Assembly: GCF_018350175.1 (NCBI RefSeq)
Contig: NC_058368.1
Location: forward strand, 142,974,001-143,038,000
Direction of reading: 5' to 3'
DNA: 64,000 bases
From: Felis catus
Taxonomy: Eukaryota
In this document: positions 47,901-60,600 of the stretch, one piece after another
Numbering within the stretch: the first letter of the stretch is position 1
Layout of the letters: every line of letters starts with the position of its first letter
The notes under the pieces: model-generated
What the model was told of the DNA's origin: nothing
The model's input: the letters and a program-made list of their open reading frames with translations, nothing else
Databases searched by the model: none
Program-made: the position numbers and the translations under genes

Positions 47901-50900
47901 AGTAGGAGTAAAATGTTTTAAAACTGTAAAGAACTTTCTAAATAAGAGGTTGTTATCTGGCATCGATGAATTCCCTATAAATTGAGGGGAACTATAGATG
48001 GACTTTAATGGGGTCCTTTAAGGTAGTGAGCCAAGTTTTATATGCACGGACATATTTGGATTTTTGGAGAGAAAGACTTTTATCAGATTCTTCAAGGTGT
48101 TCCTCAGAAAGGGCTTTAAATCTGTAATTCATTTAAATACTGGTAATTCATTTGCTTTGTAAACTTTGGGCATAACTCTTGGAGTTTAAGTATTGGAATA
48201 CACTTATGATTTAATATGGGTTATAAGAAATACTCCTATAGCTTTGTTTTGTGAAATAGTGAAGAATGAAAATCTTAGGTTTTCTGCGAAAAGTTTTATT
48301 AGTGATTCACAAGTTGGGTCGACTAGAAATAATCTGAGGAGCTGCAGTTGACACAATATTAATGGAAAAATTTTAGGTGACATAAGAATTGTAAGTAGAG
48401 CTTTAATCTTGAAATTTATTACAGGGTAGATTAGATTTGTCTTGGACTTTAGAAGGGTTTAGTGAAGTACTGCTATTTATATAGCAGGCACTCAATCCCT
48501 GAACCCAGTGCCACCAGGGCCTCTTGGAATGGTTGCAGCAGTAGTGTTGGTTGTAGGTCAGAGCTGAGGATCATATTATAGTGTATGTGCTTGGGTGGCC
48601 CATAGTATGGCTTACTTACCTGTGATGACCTGAATTTTGTAAATAATTTCTGTGTAAGGACAACTATTGTTGAAATGGTTGTGGTCCTTTAGATAGTAAA
48701 CTTTATGATCGTAGGCTTGATTAAGATCTAGTAATCATTGTTCTCTTTGAAATTTATTATGTTTATAAAATTGCTCAGGTAACTTCTTCCCAGTGATTTT
48801 AATTTATTTCCAGTAAGAAAACAAAACACTGAGAGCTGCATGTGTTTTCATAAATAGCCATGTGTAAGGCATGCTGTAGACAGAGCCTACCTAGTGTTTG
48901 GAGTCAGAAAGACCTGGCTTCCAAATAGGACTCACCACTTCTCTGACCTGCTTAGTTATTTAACCTTTTTAAAACAGGGAAAAGGGGAAGATATTTAAAG
49001 GATATCTTGAGATTTAAGTAAGATACTATGAAAAAGTGCTTAACAGTGTGTCTGGCACGTATAAAGGAGGCTTCAGGAAATGTTCATTTTTGGGTTTATT
49101 TTGGGTTTTTTTTGTTTGTTTTGTAATAAGGATTCTGCAGAGTTTTCACCTCAACATTTATTGCAGGGAATGTAACTAGTATTTATTGGAACTACTTAGG
49201 TATTGGAGTTTCTTATTTACTCTCTCTTCATCATCCCGACTCTCTTTTTTGATAAGTGGTATTTTATACCCGTTTTACTGGGGCTGAAGTTGAGGCTTGA
49301 AGATGTTGGATTTGGCCAACCTTAAACAGCTAAGTTGTGATCAAACTCAAATTCAAATTTAGATTTGTCTTAATCCAAACGTATTTTTTCTGCAATGCCT
49401 TATTGAAGACAATAAAAGGGATGTCAGTCTCCTGAGAATGAGAGAATGGTACTATTTAAACATATTAGTTCAATAATGTGTTTAAATTAAATAACTCATT
49501 TGTTTTAATTTCAGGTTCTTTTTGATAGGTATGTGTGGGGCAGAGTCTCCATGTTGTGTTACAGAAGAAAGAGGTTCCCTAGGGGTGTAAGGGTGGGTTT
49601 ATGTTAGATAAGAGTGCCTAATTGCTGTTTTCCTTTCTATCTTAAAATGACTCAGCTATAGATGACTCCTGACTTGAGAGGTTATTTAATGTAAAGGGCC
49701 AGGAGCTCTAGGAAGAATGCTTACCATCCCTTCTCCCAATTATGACTTAATTTTTGTGAACAACTAAGATTACAAAACTCTAGAGCCACATTGAAATCTC
49801 AACTATATATAGAGTAGATAAGTCACAGTCTTTTTAGAGCCTTAGGGTGCTGGCCTTTCATTGGGCCGGTGTGCCTTGACCCATGATTAGGTATAAATAA
49901 TAGAAGCAGGCTCAGAAAGGACATAATATAGTTGCAGTGGGGAGAGCTGTTCTGCTTGTATATTCCCATAAAAACAGTGTAAACACAGTTGAATAATGAA
50001 GCCAAGTGAATTTTGTGCGATTCTTGAAAGTTGATGAAAGACTTGAACGGTAGAGGCTATGAAAACAATGACTTAGATACTAATCATTTTCTTCAATCAT
50101 GTGCCGAAATAAACTTGGCCATTTTTCACATCACTGAAGAAAAAGTATAGAAAAGAGATGAATATATGCTTTTAGGTTAGTGTATCTGTAATGCAGAAAC
50201 ATGGAGGCTGGTGGCAGGATAGCAGCAGCCTTCATGATAACCGGTTCATGTTCACTTCATTTCTCTACTTGCTGTTTAACATCACATGATGCCCAGTCCA
50301 CCGCATATTTCACAGGCATGAAATTAGGCATGTTTCCTCCTTGATAAAACAAGGCCAACTTTGACAAACACTTGAGCAATGTGAGTTCAAGGGGTTTTTT
50401 TTGGGGGGGGGGGGCAGGGAGATAGAAGGGAGAAGGTGAGTGGGAGGTTTGGTTTGTTAAACACAATTGTTAGGTTTGAATTAGCAATCTTCACTCCTGA
50501 AATCTTCACATGTAACTTTAATCAGTCTCAGTGTTCTCCATTGCTGCTTTATTTGAACTTTGTGGAATATTGTGAGAAGTGGGAATTGAAAGCAAAAGGT
50601 GGTCTTCCATTGATGCTTAAAAGTCTGTGTGCTTACTTTTTTTGTAATGGAAAGTTTCTCATGGCTCTTTTCACTCTTTAATAGGCCAGGATCCGCTCCC
50701 TTTAAATCTGTCCAGTTCCCTCAGTGATTGATGGGAGAAAATTTAAGTTGCAAGGGTAAGAAAAGACAATGAAGACTAAACTATAGTTCTTGATGCTGTT
50801 TAGTTTTTGGTAGAGGTGGTGAAGTACATTTGGCCCTTCAGGCGTCTTGTAGAGGACTTATTTCTCAGTAGCCTTAATGCAGTGAGTTGTTAAAGCTCCG

Positions 50901-51214
50901 CAAGGGCAGAGAAGGATTCATTCAGCAAAAACCTAGAAAATTTCGTGAGTTTTCTTAAGTGTAGAAAATTGCCTTTTTATGTTTGTCCTTGAATGTTAAA
51001 TTTTACATGGTTATAATTACATATGATAGACTCTTTTCACTCTGTGTTGAAGGTTTTACACTATAGGCTGTGAAATGAAAATAGGCCTGATGGGCTAGAG
51101 GAGAATGGTCTTAAGGATAAATATATGAAGTTCCTTTATTTAAAAAAAATTGTTTTTAAATGTTTATTTGGAGACAGAGAAAGAAAGCGAGCAGAGGAGG
51201 TGGGGGGGGGTGGT

Positions 51215-51256
<42 letters not shown>

Positions 51257-52130
51257 GGGAGAGGGAGAGGGGGAATCCTAGGCAGGCTTCGCTTGATCTC
51301 ACGAACCATAAGGTCTCATCTAAAACCAAGAGCTGGATGGCTAACTGAGCCACCCAAATGTCCCTGAAGTTACTTCATTAACATGGGGTTTTATTTGTAA
51401 CTTTAATATTTGAAGGTGATGGCTAGAGGCTTAGTTTATATAATGAATATTAATGCATTTAGGTAACATAAACATAGGGAGAATACAGTGATAAAAATGT
51501 CATTTTCTTCAGAAGAAATTTTGAATATGGTTCATCACCAAATTGGCCTGCTGCTAGGAATTAGTTGAGGCAGGTTTTGTTTTAAATGTTTATCGACTTG
51601 GTTTTTAGAATGTTTATTTTTGGCGGGTGGGGGAGACTGAGACATCCCAAGCAAGCTCAACACTATAAGCACAGAGCCTGATGTGGGGGCTTGAACTAAT
51701 GAACTGTGAGATCAGGATCTGAGCAGAAATCAAGAGTTGGATGCCCAACTGACTGAGCCACGCAGGCACCCCATTGTTTTTATTTTCATCTTATTTTTTA
51801 AGGCAGGGTATTTTTTACAGAGGCTCTCACTACACTGCCTTTAATTAGTGTTTAGGGGAAAGAAAACTTACTGAACATGGCTCAGGAAAATGTGTATTTT
51901 TCCCCTAATTCTGATACTAGTGGCTTGACCTTAGGGCTGTCACTTACCCTCTGTCTTAATGTCTGAGGTAAGACTGAGGTTAGAGATAAAGGATCTGGGT
52001 GATTTACAGTCCCCGTGTAGCAAGTGTTGGGACCTGATCCATTTGTTTTATGTGCTTGTATCCAGGTGTAGGTCTCCCTGCTGTAAGGTAACTGTTTAAG
52101 TCACAGCATTTTTCATTTTACTACATCTTT

Positions 52131-52353
52131 TTTTTTTTTAATTTTTTTTTCAACGTTTTATTTATTTTTGGGACAGAGAGAGACAGAGCATGAACGGGGG
52201 AGGGGCAGAGAGAGAGGGAGACACAGAATCAGAAACAGGCTCCAGGCTCTGAGCCATCAGCCCAGAGCCTGACGCGGGGCTCGAACTCACCGACCGCGAG
52301 ATCGTGACCTGGCTGAAGTCGGACGCTTAACCGACTGCGCCACCCAGGCGCTC
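52131..52353 (-). mobile_element. Young felid CAN-SINE in JMY intron 1
   Basis: Near-consensus with TSD CATTTTACTACATCTTT. Confidence 0.95.
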
Positions 52354-52501
52354 CATTTTACTACATCTTTTTAGGCTCCGAAAAAAGCCCTGATTCATTT
52401 TTGGATGCAGAGAGCGTTAGAAGAGGGCAGAAGTGTTTCTTCCTGTTCTTGGGTTTGTGTTCTTGGGCTCCCTTTGTTCATTACTTGTTGAAGGTGTTTT
52501 A

Positions 52502-52539
52502 TTTTGTTTTGTTTTGTTTTGTTTTGTTTTGTTTTGTTT
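52502..52539. repeat. (TTTTG)n microsatellite
   Basis: Perfect tandem repeat. Confidence 0.95.
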
Positions 52540-52636
52540 TATTTTCCTTTGGTGCATTTCCCTGTGGTTTCTAGTATTAAAACTGCTTTTCCCAGTTTTA
52601 GATAACTTGAAGTTACATTTATAAAATAAATGTCTA

Positions 52637-55600
52637 GGGGCGCCTGAGTGGCTCAGTCTGTTGGGCATCTGACCTCAGCTCAGGTCATGATATCACGGTC
52701 CGTGAGTTCGAGCCCTGCGTGGGGCTCTGTGCTGACAGCTCAGAGCCAGGAGCCTGCTTCAGATTCTGTGTCTCCCTCTCTTTCTGCCCGTCGTCCCCCA
52801 TTAACGCTCTGTCTCTCTCAAATAAATGTTAAAAAAATGAAACAAATGTTTAGTTACTAAACACTTAATAACTAAAGCTATTTCTTTAAGCTTTTCTTCC
52901 TCTTCACCTTCCTATCTAGGTGAGTCTCTTTCCTCTTTACTGACACCAGTGGGGCCATGACTGGAGTGACCTGTGTGAAGTGATGTATGTGAGATTTTAG
53001 TTTCAGTCATCAAAGTAACCTTTATTGAATGCTCCCTGCTTTCTGTTGCTCAAGCACTGTGCTGAAGTATTTAAATACATTATAAATTAGCATGTAGATA
53101 GGAGTTGAGAGGTAGGATTTGAGTTTTCTTGAGTCTTTGCTCTACTTAATAGCTTTGTGAATATGGGCCTTACTAATTCTTCCTTGGTTGCTGCTTCTGT
53201 AAAGTCAGGGAGTACTGCTTTTGTAAACCGAATATGGCTCTCCTCATCTGTAAAGTGAGGAGAATACTGCTGCCTTTAAAAATAGATCTAATGTAGGGAC
53301 ACCTGGGTGACCCAAATGGTTAAGCATCCCACCTAGGCTCAGTAAGCATCCGACTTTGGCTCAGGTCATGATCTCACAGTTAGTGAGTTCCAGCCCTGCA
53401 TTGGGGCTGTGCTGTTAGCACAGAACCTGCTTCTGATCCCCTGTCTGTCTCTGTCTCTGTCTTTCGCTCCCCCCCCCCCCCCCCCGCCCTGTGCGCGCGT
53501 GCTCTCTCTTTCTCAAAAATAAATGAACATAGGGGCGCCTGGGTGGCTCAGTCGGTTAAGCGTCCGACATCAACTCAGGTCACGATCTCGCGGTCTGTGA
53601 GTTCAAGCCCCGTGTCAGGCTCTGTGCTGACAGCTCAGAGCCTGGAGCCTGTTTTGGATTCTGTGTCTCCCTTTCTCTCTGACCCTCCCCTGTTCATGCT
53701 CTGTCTCTCTCTGTCTCAAAAATAAATATTAAAAAAAACATTTAAAAAAATGAACATAAAAAAATAAGAAAAAGTGTACATTAAAAAAAATTATTCAAAT
53801 ACTTAGAACAGTGCTGTATGCCCAGCAAAACACTTGGTAAATGTTAACCCTTAATATTAATCTTCATATCATAACTAAGATGTAGGGATTTTACAGTAGA
53901 GGAAACAGATTCAAAGAGAGTAGATAAATTTGTCCAAGGTAACATCTGGCATATAAGTGGACCAGATTCAAATTCAAGCCTGATTGATTCTATCTATACT
54001 GCTTTCTTAACCATAGGCCCATCCTCTTTCCTGTAGAAACGGAGTGAGGCTAACTGATAAACATTGTCAAATTGAAACACACGGTCAATGTCTCATCCCT
54101 GGGTGAAAACATTAACAGTGTTTGGCTGCTGAGTGTTTTTGGAAAACCTTGATTATATAGGAGGGTAATTTAAGTTTGTGCCTGCATTTATGGTACATGA
54201 AGCTCATTTGTGAGATAGAATGCATATGTCCGTCTTAAAAGAATCATTTATAAAAATAATAATTTTGGGTGGAACCTGGGTTGTTCATTCAGCTAAAATG
54301 TCTGACATACGCTCAAGTCATGATCTCAGGGTTCTATTTGTGGGTTCAAGCCTTGCATTGGACTCTGCTGTCAACACAGAGCTCACTTCAGATGCTCTCC
54401 CTCCCTCTCTCACTGCCCCCTCACACTCGTGCTTTCTCTCAAAAATAAACATTAAATACAATTTTTTATAACCGCAGGAAGAAAAAATGTACTGATATTT
54501 AAATATTCTGTTGTAAATTCTTCTGCATATATAAGGTTGCTAAGGGTGAGTTGGTTTAGACAGTGTGATGATTTTCCTTTTCACAAGTATATTTTACTTT
54601 AAAGATGATTTATTTTCTCTCCAAAATATTTTCTAATGCTTTTTTCTCCCCATGGTAGAGCTAGAGAATTTCATATAGTCTGAGTTAAGACCTGAAATCT
54701 ACCTACCTATTCTGCTGTTTATTCTCATTTAAAGAATTAGTCCATAACATCTAATAGTGAATATTTTACTCCCTTTCCTTTAATTACTTATTCCTCTTAA
54801 ATAATTATCTTATTGGCTAATTTTTTTCTGGCTAGACAGGGGAAGAGGGCAGTTAAGTGTGTTAACTTCTCTTTATCTTTTTAATTGAAAATCCTACCCC
54901 TTTTTTCTCTTGTATTAGGTGATGTGAATTTTGGTAGTGGGGCTGCTAAATGAAAAGGTTATGAAAGGTAGGGTTAAAGAAATGAAGGATTAAGAGAGAA
55001 AGGGGTCAAGAATTAACTTCAGTATTTAAACTTGAAAAATTAGTGGGAATGGATATCTTTATTTTAGGAAATTACATGCCAGCCCACAGTTTGAAGCCTT
55101 TGTGGGTGCTTGTTGGAGGGCCTTGAAGTTGGCTTTTTATTTTTATTTATTTTTTAACATTTATTTGTTATTGAGAGATAGAGGCAGAATGTGAGCAGGG
55201 GACGGGCAGAGAGACAGAGACACAATCCGAAGCAGCTCCAGGCTCTGAGCTGTCAGCATAGAGCCTGACACAGGGCCCGAACTCACAAACCGTGAGATCA
55301 GGACCTGAGCTGAAGTTGGTCACTTAACCGACTGAGCCACTCTGGTGCCCCTTGAAGTTGGCTTTTGAATTGGTTTTATATTACACATTGAACCTTTCAA
55401 ATTTCAAATAAGACTATTTTATGTATCTTGGTGGAGATTATATAAATGAATGTCAAAATGGTAATAAAAGTGTGACAGTTTGTTTTTAACTCTTACTGTA
55501 TCCCCACTAGAAACTCCTAATCCCTGGTTTCCAAACCCCTTGTTGCTGGCTCATGTGAATATTAATATTTTGGTCAACTTTGCAGGATAGGATGGTCTTT

Positions 55601-57627
55601 TTAAAAGTCAGCCTTTTCTATAGCTCTTCCTTTTTTTTTTTTTTTTTTTAATATTCCCCATTCCTTTTGTTTATAAGTATCCCAGACAACCCTGATCACA
55701 ATTGATTTGTAGATACTCTAACTGAAATAATTATTTAAGAAAATAGTAAGGATTGGGGTGCCTGGGTGGCTCAGTTGGTGAAGCCTCCGACTTGAGCTCA
55801 GGTCGTGATCTTATGGTTCTTGAGCTCCAGTCCCACTTCAGGTAAGCTTGAGGCCTGCTTCCAGATCTGTGGTGACAGTACGGGGCCTGGGTGGGATTCT
55901 CTCTCCCCCCTTCTCTCTGCCCCTCTCTCATTCATGCTCTGTTTCTCAAAAATAAATAAGTAATATTTTTAAAAGAGGATAGTAAGGATTAACTTCTGGA
56001 AGTCCTTATAGTCCTTAAATCTCCTCATTGGTCATCTATTTAGCATATCCTTTTGTGCCAGGTGCTAGGTGTGCCATAGAAAACAAAGACACAACCCTTT
56101 TCTTTAAGCTTCACTACAATTTTTTTTTTTTAAGTTTATTTATTTTGAGAGAAGAGAGAGAGTTGGTGATGAGCAGAGGGAGGAAGAGAATCCCAAGCAG
56201 CTCTGTGCTGTCATTGCAGAGCCCTACACAGGGCTTGATTGCACGAACCTAGAGATCATGACCTGAGCCAAATTCACGAGTGGCCTCTTAACTGATTGAG
56301 CCACCCAAATACTGTCATTCTAATTGAACTTAATTTATGTTTTTGTTTCAATCTTTATTTATTTTTGAGAAAGAGACAACATGAGCAGGGGAGGAATGGA
56401 GAGAGAGGGAGACACAGAATCAGAAGCAGGTGTCAGGCTCTGAGTTGTCAGCACAGAGCCTGGCATGGGGCTTGAACCCATGAACTGCGAGATTATGACT
56501 GGAGATGAAGTTGGATGCTTAACCCACTGAGCCACCCAGGCGCCCTATTTTTTATTTTTAAAAATGTTTATATATTTATTTTTGAGAGAGAGCACAGTTG
56601 GGGGTGGGACAGAGAGATAGAAGGAGACAAAGAATCTGAATTAGGCTCCAAGCTCTGAGCTGTCAGTGCAGAGCCCAATGCAGGGTCCGAACCTACGAAC
56701 TGTGAGGTCATGACATGGCTGAAGTTGGATGCTTAAGTGACTGACCCACTCAGGTGCCCTGACTTTTTTTTTTTTTTTAAACAAGTCAAATTTGAGAATT
56801 TCCATTTTTTTTTTTGGTTGAAGAGGAGTAGATAATTAATGTGCTCTAGGACAATTGGGTATACCTTTGGTTTTTTTCCTTTACTATAAATAACATATAT
56901 TTTCTTCTACAGATGAAATAGAATTTGTAATTGTTATTACAGGGAAGGTAAAGCATTTGGGATACAGAGTCTAGATGGTAATACAAATTTTGCTTCATCT
57001 CACCCTTGAATTCTGTATACGTAAGCTACCTAATTGTACTAGTCTCATAATGTTCACTTTTTGAAATGTGAAGTCATTATAGAAAATAATGTGCCAAGCT
57101 TAACCCCAGTCATTACACAAGAACAGTACTATTAGTGCAATTTTTTTTTTTTTTTTTTTTTTTTCTGGAGATAGTCTTAAACCTCTTTTCTAGCTTAATG
57201 ACATGAAAAGTATAGCAGGGCTGGTATACTGCAATAATACCTTTAGAATCAAGTAGCCATTTTGGAAAGTGCAATGGAATAAATCGGTAGAGGGAGGATT
57301 ACAGCACATCACTTGTGCTACAGGTCAAGGTTTTTGGAGATAAAGTTTTTGAGTTTTCATAATTTTTAAAATTTTGTCATTTTCTCATGTAGTGTGTGAA
57401 TAGGTTGTTTTTAAAACTGGTGTTTGATGTCTATGTTTGCATATGTGCTCCTGGAGTCTTAAGATAAGTCGAGTTTTATTCTCCTTCTACCCTGTGGTCA
57501 TCTTTCATCCTAGAGTAGTATGTATGTATGTATGTATGCATGCATGCATGTATTTATTTATTTATTCTAGGGAGAGGACAAGAGGGGGGCGTGAGGGGCA
57601 GAGGGAGAGAGAGACAGAGACAGAGAC

Positions 57628-57665
<38 letters not shown>

Positions 57666-60600
57666 TATCTTAAGCGGGCTCCATGCCCAGTGCAGAACCC
57701 AGTACAGGGCTTGATCCCATAACCCTGGGATAACCCCATAATCCCATAACCTAAGCTGAGTTCAAGAGTCTGATGTTCAATTTATTCAACCACCCAGGTA
57801 CCTCTCTCGTCCTAGAGTTCTAAGTCTAACATTTCCAACTTTCCCTTGATCTGGGTGCTCTATTGAGCTTCTTTTCATTCCATTTATCCAGAGCACATCC
57901 TCCACCTGCCATCCCTGAGTTGGTCTGTGGATCTCTTTGGAGCAGCACCTTTAATCTGAGTCTTTGCTATTTCTGTGGAAATGCCTTACTTCCCTCAGTT
58001 CCCAGAACTATTACTCAGTTCTTCCAAATCTGGTGTTGGTTTTAAGAAGCTATCGATTATGACATATGTTTGATTTTATGACAGATTTTATTCAGTGTGA
58101 GGGAAAAAAACACTTTTATGTGCACATTGATTTGTAAATACATTTGATTCAGAAATACTAAATATGAATTTTAGTAGTAAAGAATAAAATACACAGGGGT
58201 GCCTGGGCGGCTCGGTTGAGCGTTGGACTCTTGATTCCTGCTCAGGTCATGATCTTGTCGTGGGATTGAGCCTCCTCTGTCTCTGCTGAGCATGGAGCCC
58301 ATTTGAGATTCTCTCTCTCTCTCCTTGTTTCTCTGCCCCTCCCCTGCTCGCGCTCTCTCTAAAAACAAAACCACACAGAGAGCAAACTGCACTCTTCCCA
58401 TTGCTTACCTCTGGCCTTGTAGACAGAGCCCAGATTCCTGACATTCTGAGCCATCCATGTTTTGGTTAGCTTGTTACCCCCTAATGTCTTCCTTTTTTGG
58501 TCTAAATTCTACCCTTCTTTCCAGGGCCAGATGAAGTGCCCCCTCGTAGCAAGTCATTTCTGACCACTGTCAGGAATTTCTATCAGAAATTCAGAGATCA
58601 TAGAGGCCTTATGTTACATATGATAATTGCTGCCCTGTGTTTTTCTCTATTTGAGCCACTCCTGCCCTTTAAAGTGCATTATATGCCCCTAAGAGACAAA
58701 GATGGATTTTCTTGTTACTGTTTTCTAATGCCTCAGATTCCCTAATGTCTCTGTATACAGGAGGTACTCAGTTAATGTTCTTTAATCTTCAAAAAATTGG
58801 CTCTTCTACATGACATGTGTATGTAGCTAACATTTTGATTAAAGGTATGTGTTTCTCCAGGAGTAAAATCAAATTTACCGCTTCTGTGGAATAAAGAGGC
58901 TATAAATCAGTGTTTGAAATACCAGAATGAGTAATTACTGTCAGCAGCCCTTATACTTGATAAAACTGGGTTTCAGCTTTAATAGTTATTAATAGATAAT
59001 CAGTGATTAACATACAAAATAACATGAAAATGATTCAGCAGTTTTACAGAACAAGAACAGAATTGAGCAGTGTGCTTTGTGAATGTGGAAAATGTTTGGC
59101 TTTAGTCCTTACTTTTCACTTGAAGAAACAGATTTAATAGACCTAAGGGGAGTTCCAAGGGCCACACATCAAGTTTCATTACTGGGTTAGGACTCTCCTA
59201 TCTGAGGACCCTAGTGCTAGTCCAGAGTCACTCCTTTTTACCAACAGGTAATTATTTGCATGTCTTAGCAATAATTTAAAAGTGAAGATATTTGTAGATT
59301 TCATTATGTTGCTTCTTAAACATCTTTCTAATTAAAAAAATATAAGAAGACACTCAGCCTTGGGGTTTGACACAGAGTAGGAAGCAAAGCTATGAAACTA
59401 CACAGGAGAGTTTAGCTTCTAAATTTTATGTCTAGAACTTCAATAATTATTTCATGGTATTCAAGGATAGTAGCAGTCCTCTAATCCTGAAGTTAGAGAA
59501 ATAACGCTTGAATGAACTCATTTTGGGAAGATACAGAATGGGGACTCCATACATAGTTAGACAAACAGGAGGTGTCTTCTCCGTCTCTCCTCCTCTACTG
59601 GTATTGATCATTGGCAAAGAAACCAAGTTGAATAGGACTGGGGAGAGGAGTGGTGCACGGTTATTTGCAGTGATTATAGGGAGGCTCTAAGTTTTTTAAA
59701 CTGTTGTCACGGACTCCTTTAAGAACCTTTGCCCTAGAAAAATTTTGCGGAGAGCAGAGTTTTGTTTCAAATACTGGGTAATTGAGACCTCATAGGTTAA
59801 GAGCCTAGTTCTTATCAGGATTAGATCAGAGGAGGCAAAAATAAAGTATCCATTAGGGAAACGAGAAAGAAGGGAAAGATAAAAATGTTCTTACGAGGCT
59901 AATATGTTTGTTTAATTAATGCTTTATGCAATTGTGCTTCATTTCTTTTAAGTGTATCAATAGAGCAAAATAACTTTCTAGAATTGCATGAAATGTGCCA
60001 GGTCTTGAAGCAGAAATTAACTCAAGTTGGTATTTCTGTGTCCCTGTTCCCTGCTGTCTCTTCTTTCCTCTGCATCCTACTACTATGAGCATCTCTGTAT
60101 TGTGTTGGCTGCCCTTGAGCCCATTCATTCTTGTGTCAGGCATGTTATGATTCTCATTCAGATCAGTCTACATGCTGACTCAGTTTGTGTCCATCAGTGA
60201 ATATTTCCAAATTTAGCAAACCTGCATTTTCTGTATTTTAACTTCAGGCCTTTCCTATACATGGCAAACATCCTTAATCCTAAACAATCCAACTCTATCC
60301 AATTTCTTTGTACTTTTTTTTGATTTGTAGTATCTTGCACATTTCTCAGTTTGCAACCTGCTAATGTCTGCAGCACAGTTTATTTATTCCCAGGGTTTTG
60401 TGAGTTTTGGTTATCAAAATAAAAAAATAAATTGTTATTATAATAGGTTAGTGATTATATTCTTTGATCAGTTAAATTCTTTTATCATAGGTTATAGGAA
60501 ATGGTTTAGGCTAAAGTCTAATGCTTACTAAATTGCATTTTTTGAAGTTCTTTAAAAAAATTTTTTTTCAATGTTTATTTTTGAGATGGGGAGACAGAGG

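Noticed and set aside
50200..50236. Hairpin CATGGAGGCTG...CAGCCTTCATG
   Set aside because: An 11-bp stem with a wobble is too short for a pre-miRNA, and there is no snoRNA box architecture.
53320..53363. Short tandem duplications inside SINEs (also at about 20568, 24256 and 57716)
   Set aside because: Ordinary slippage or template-switch events in neutral repeats.
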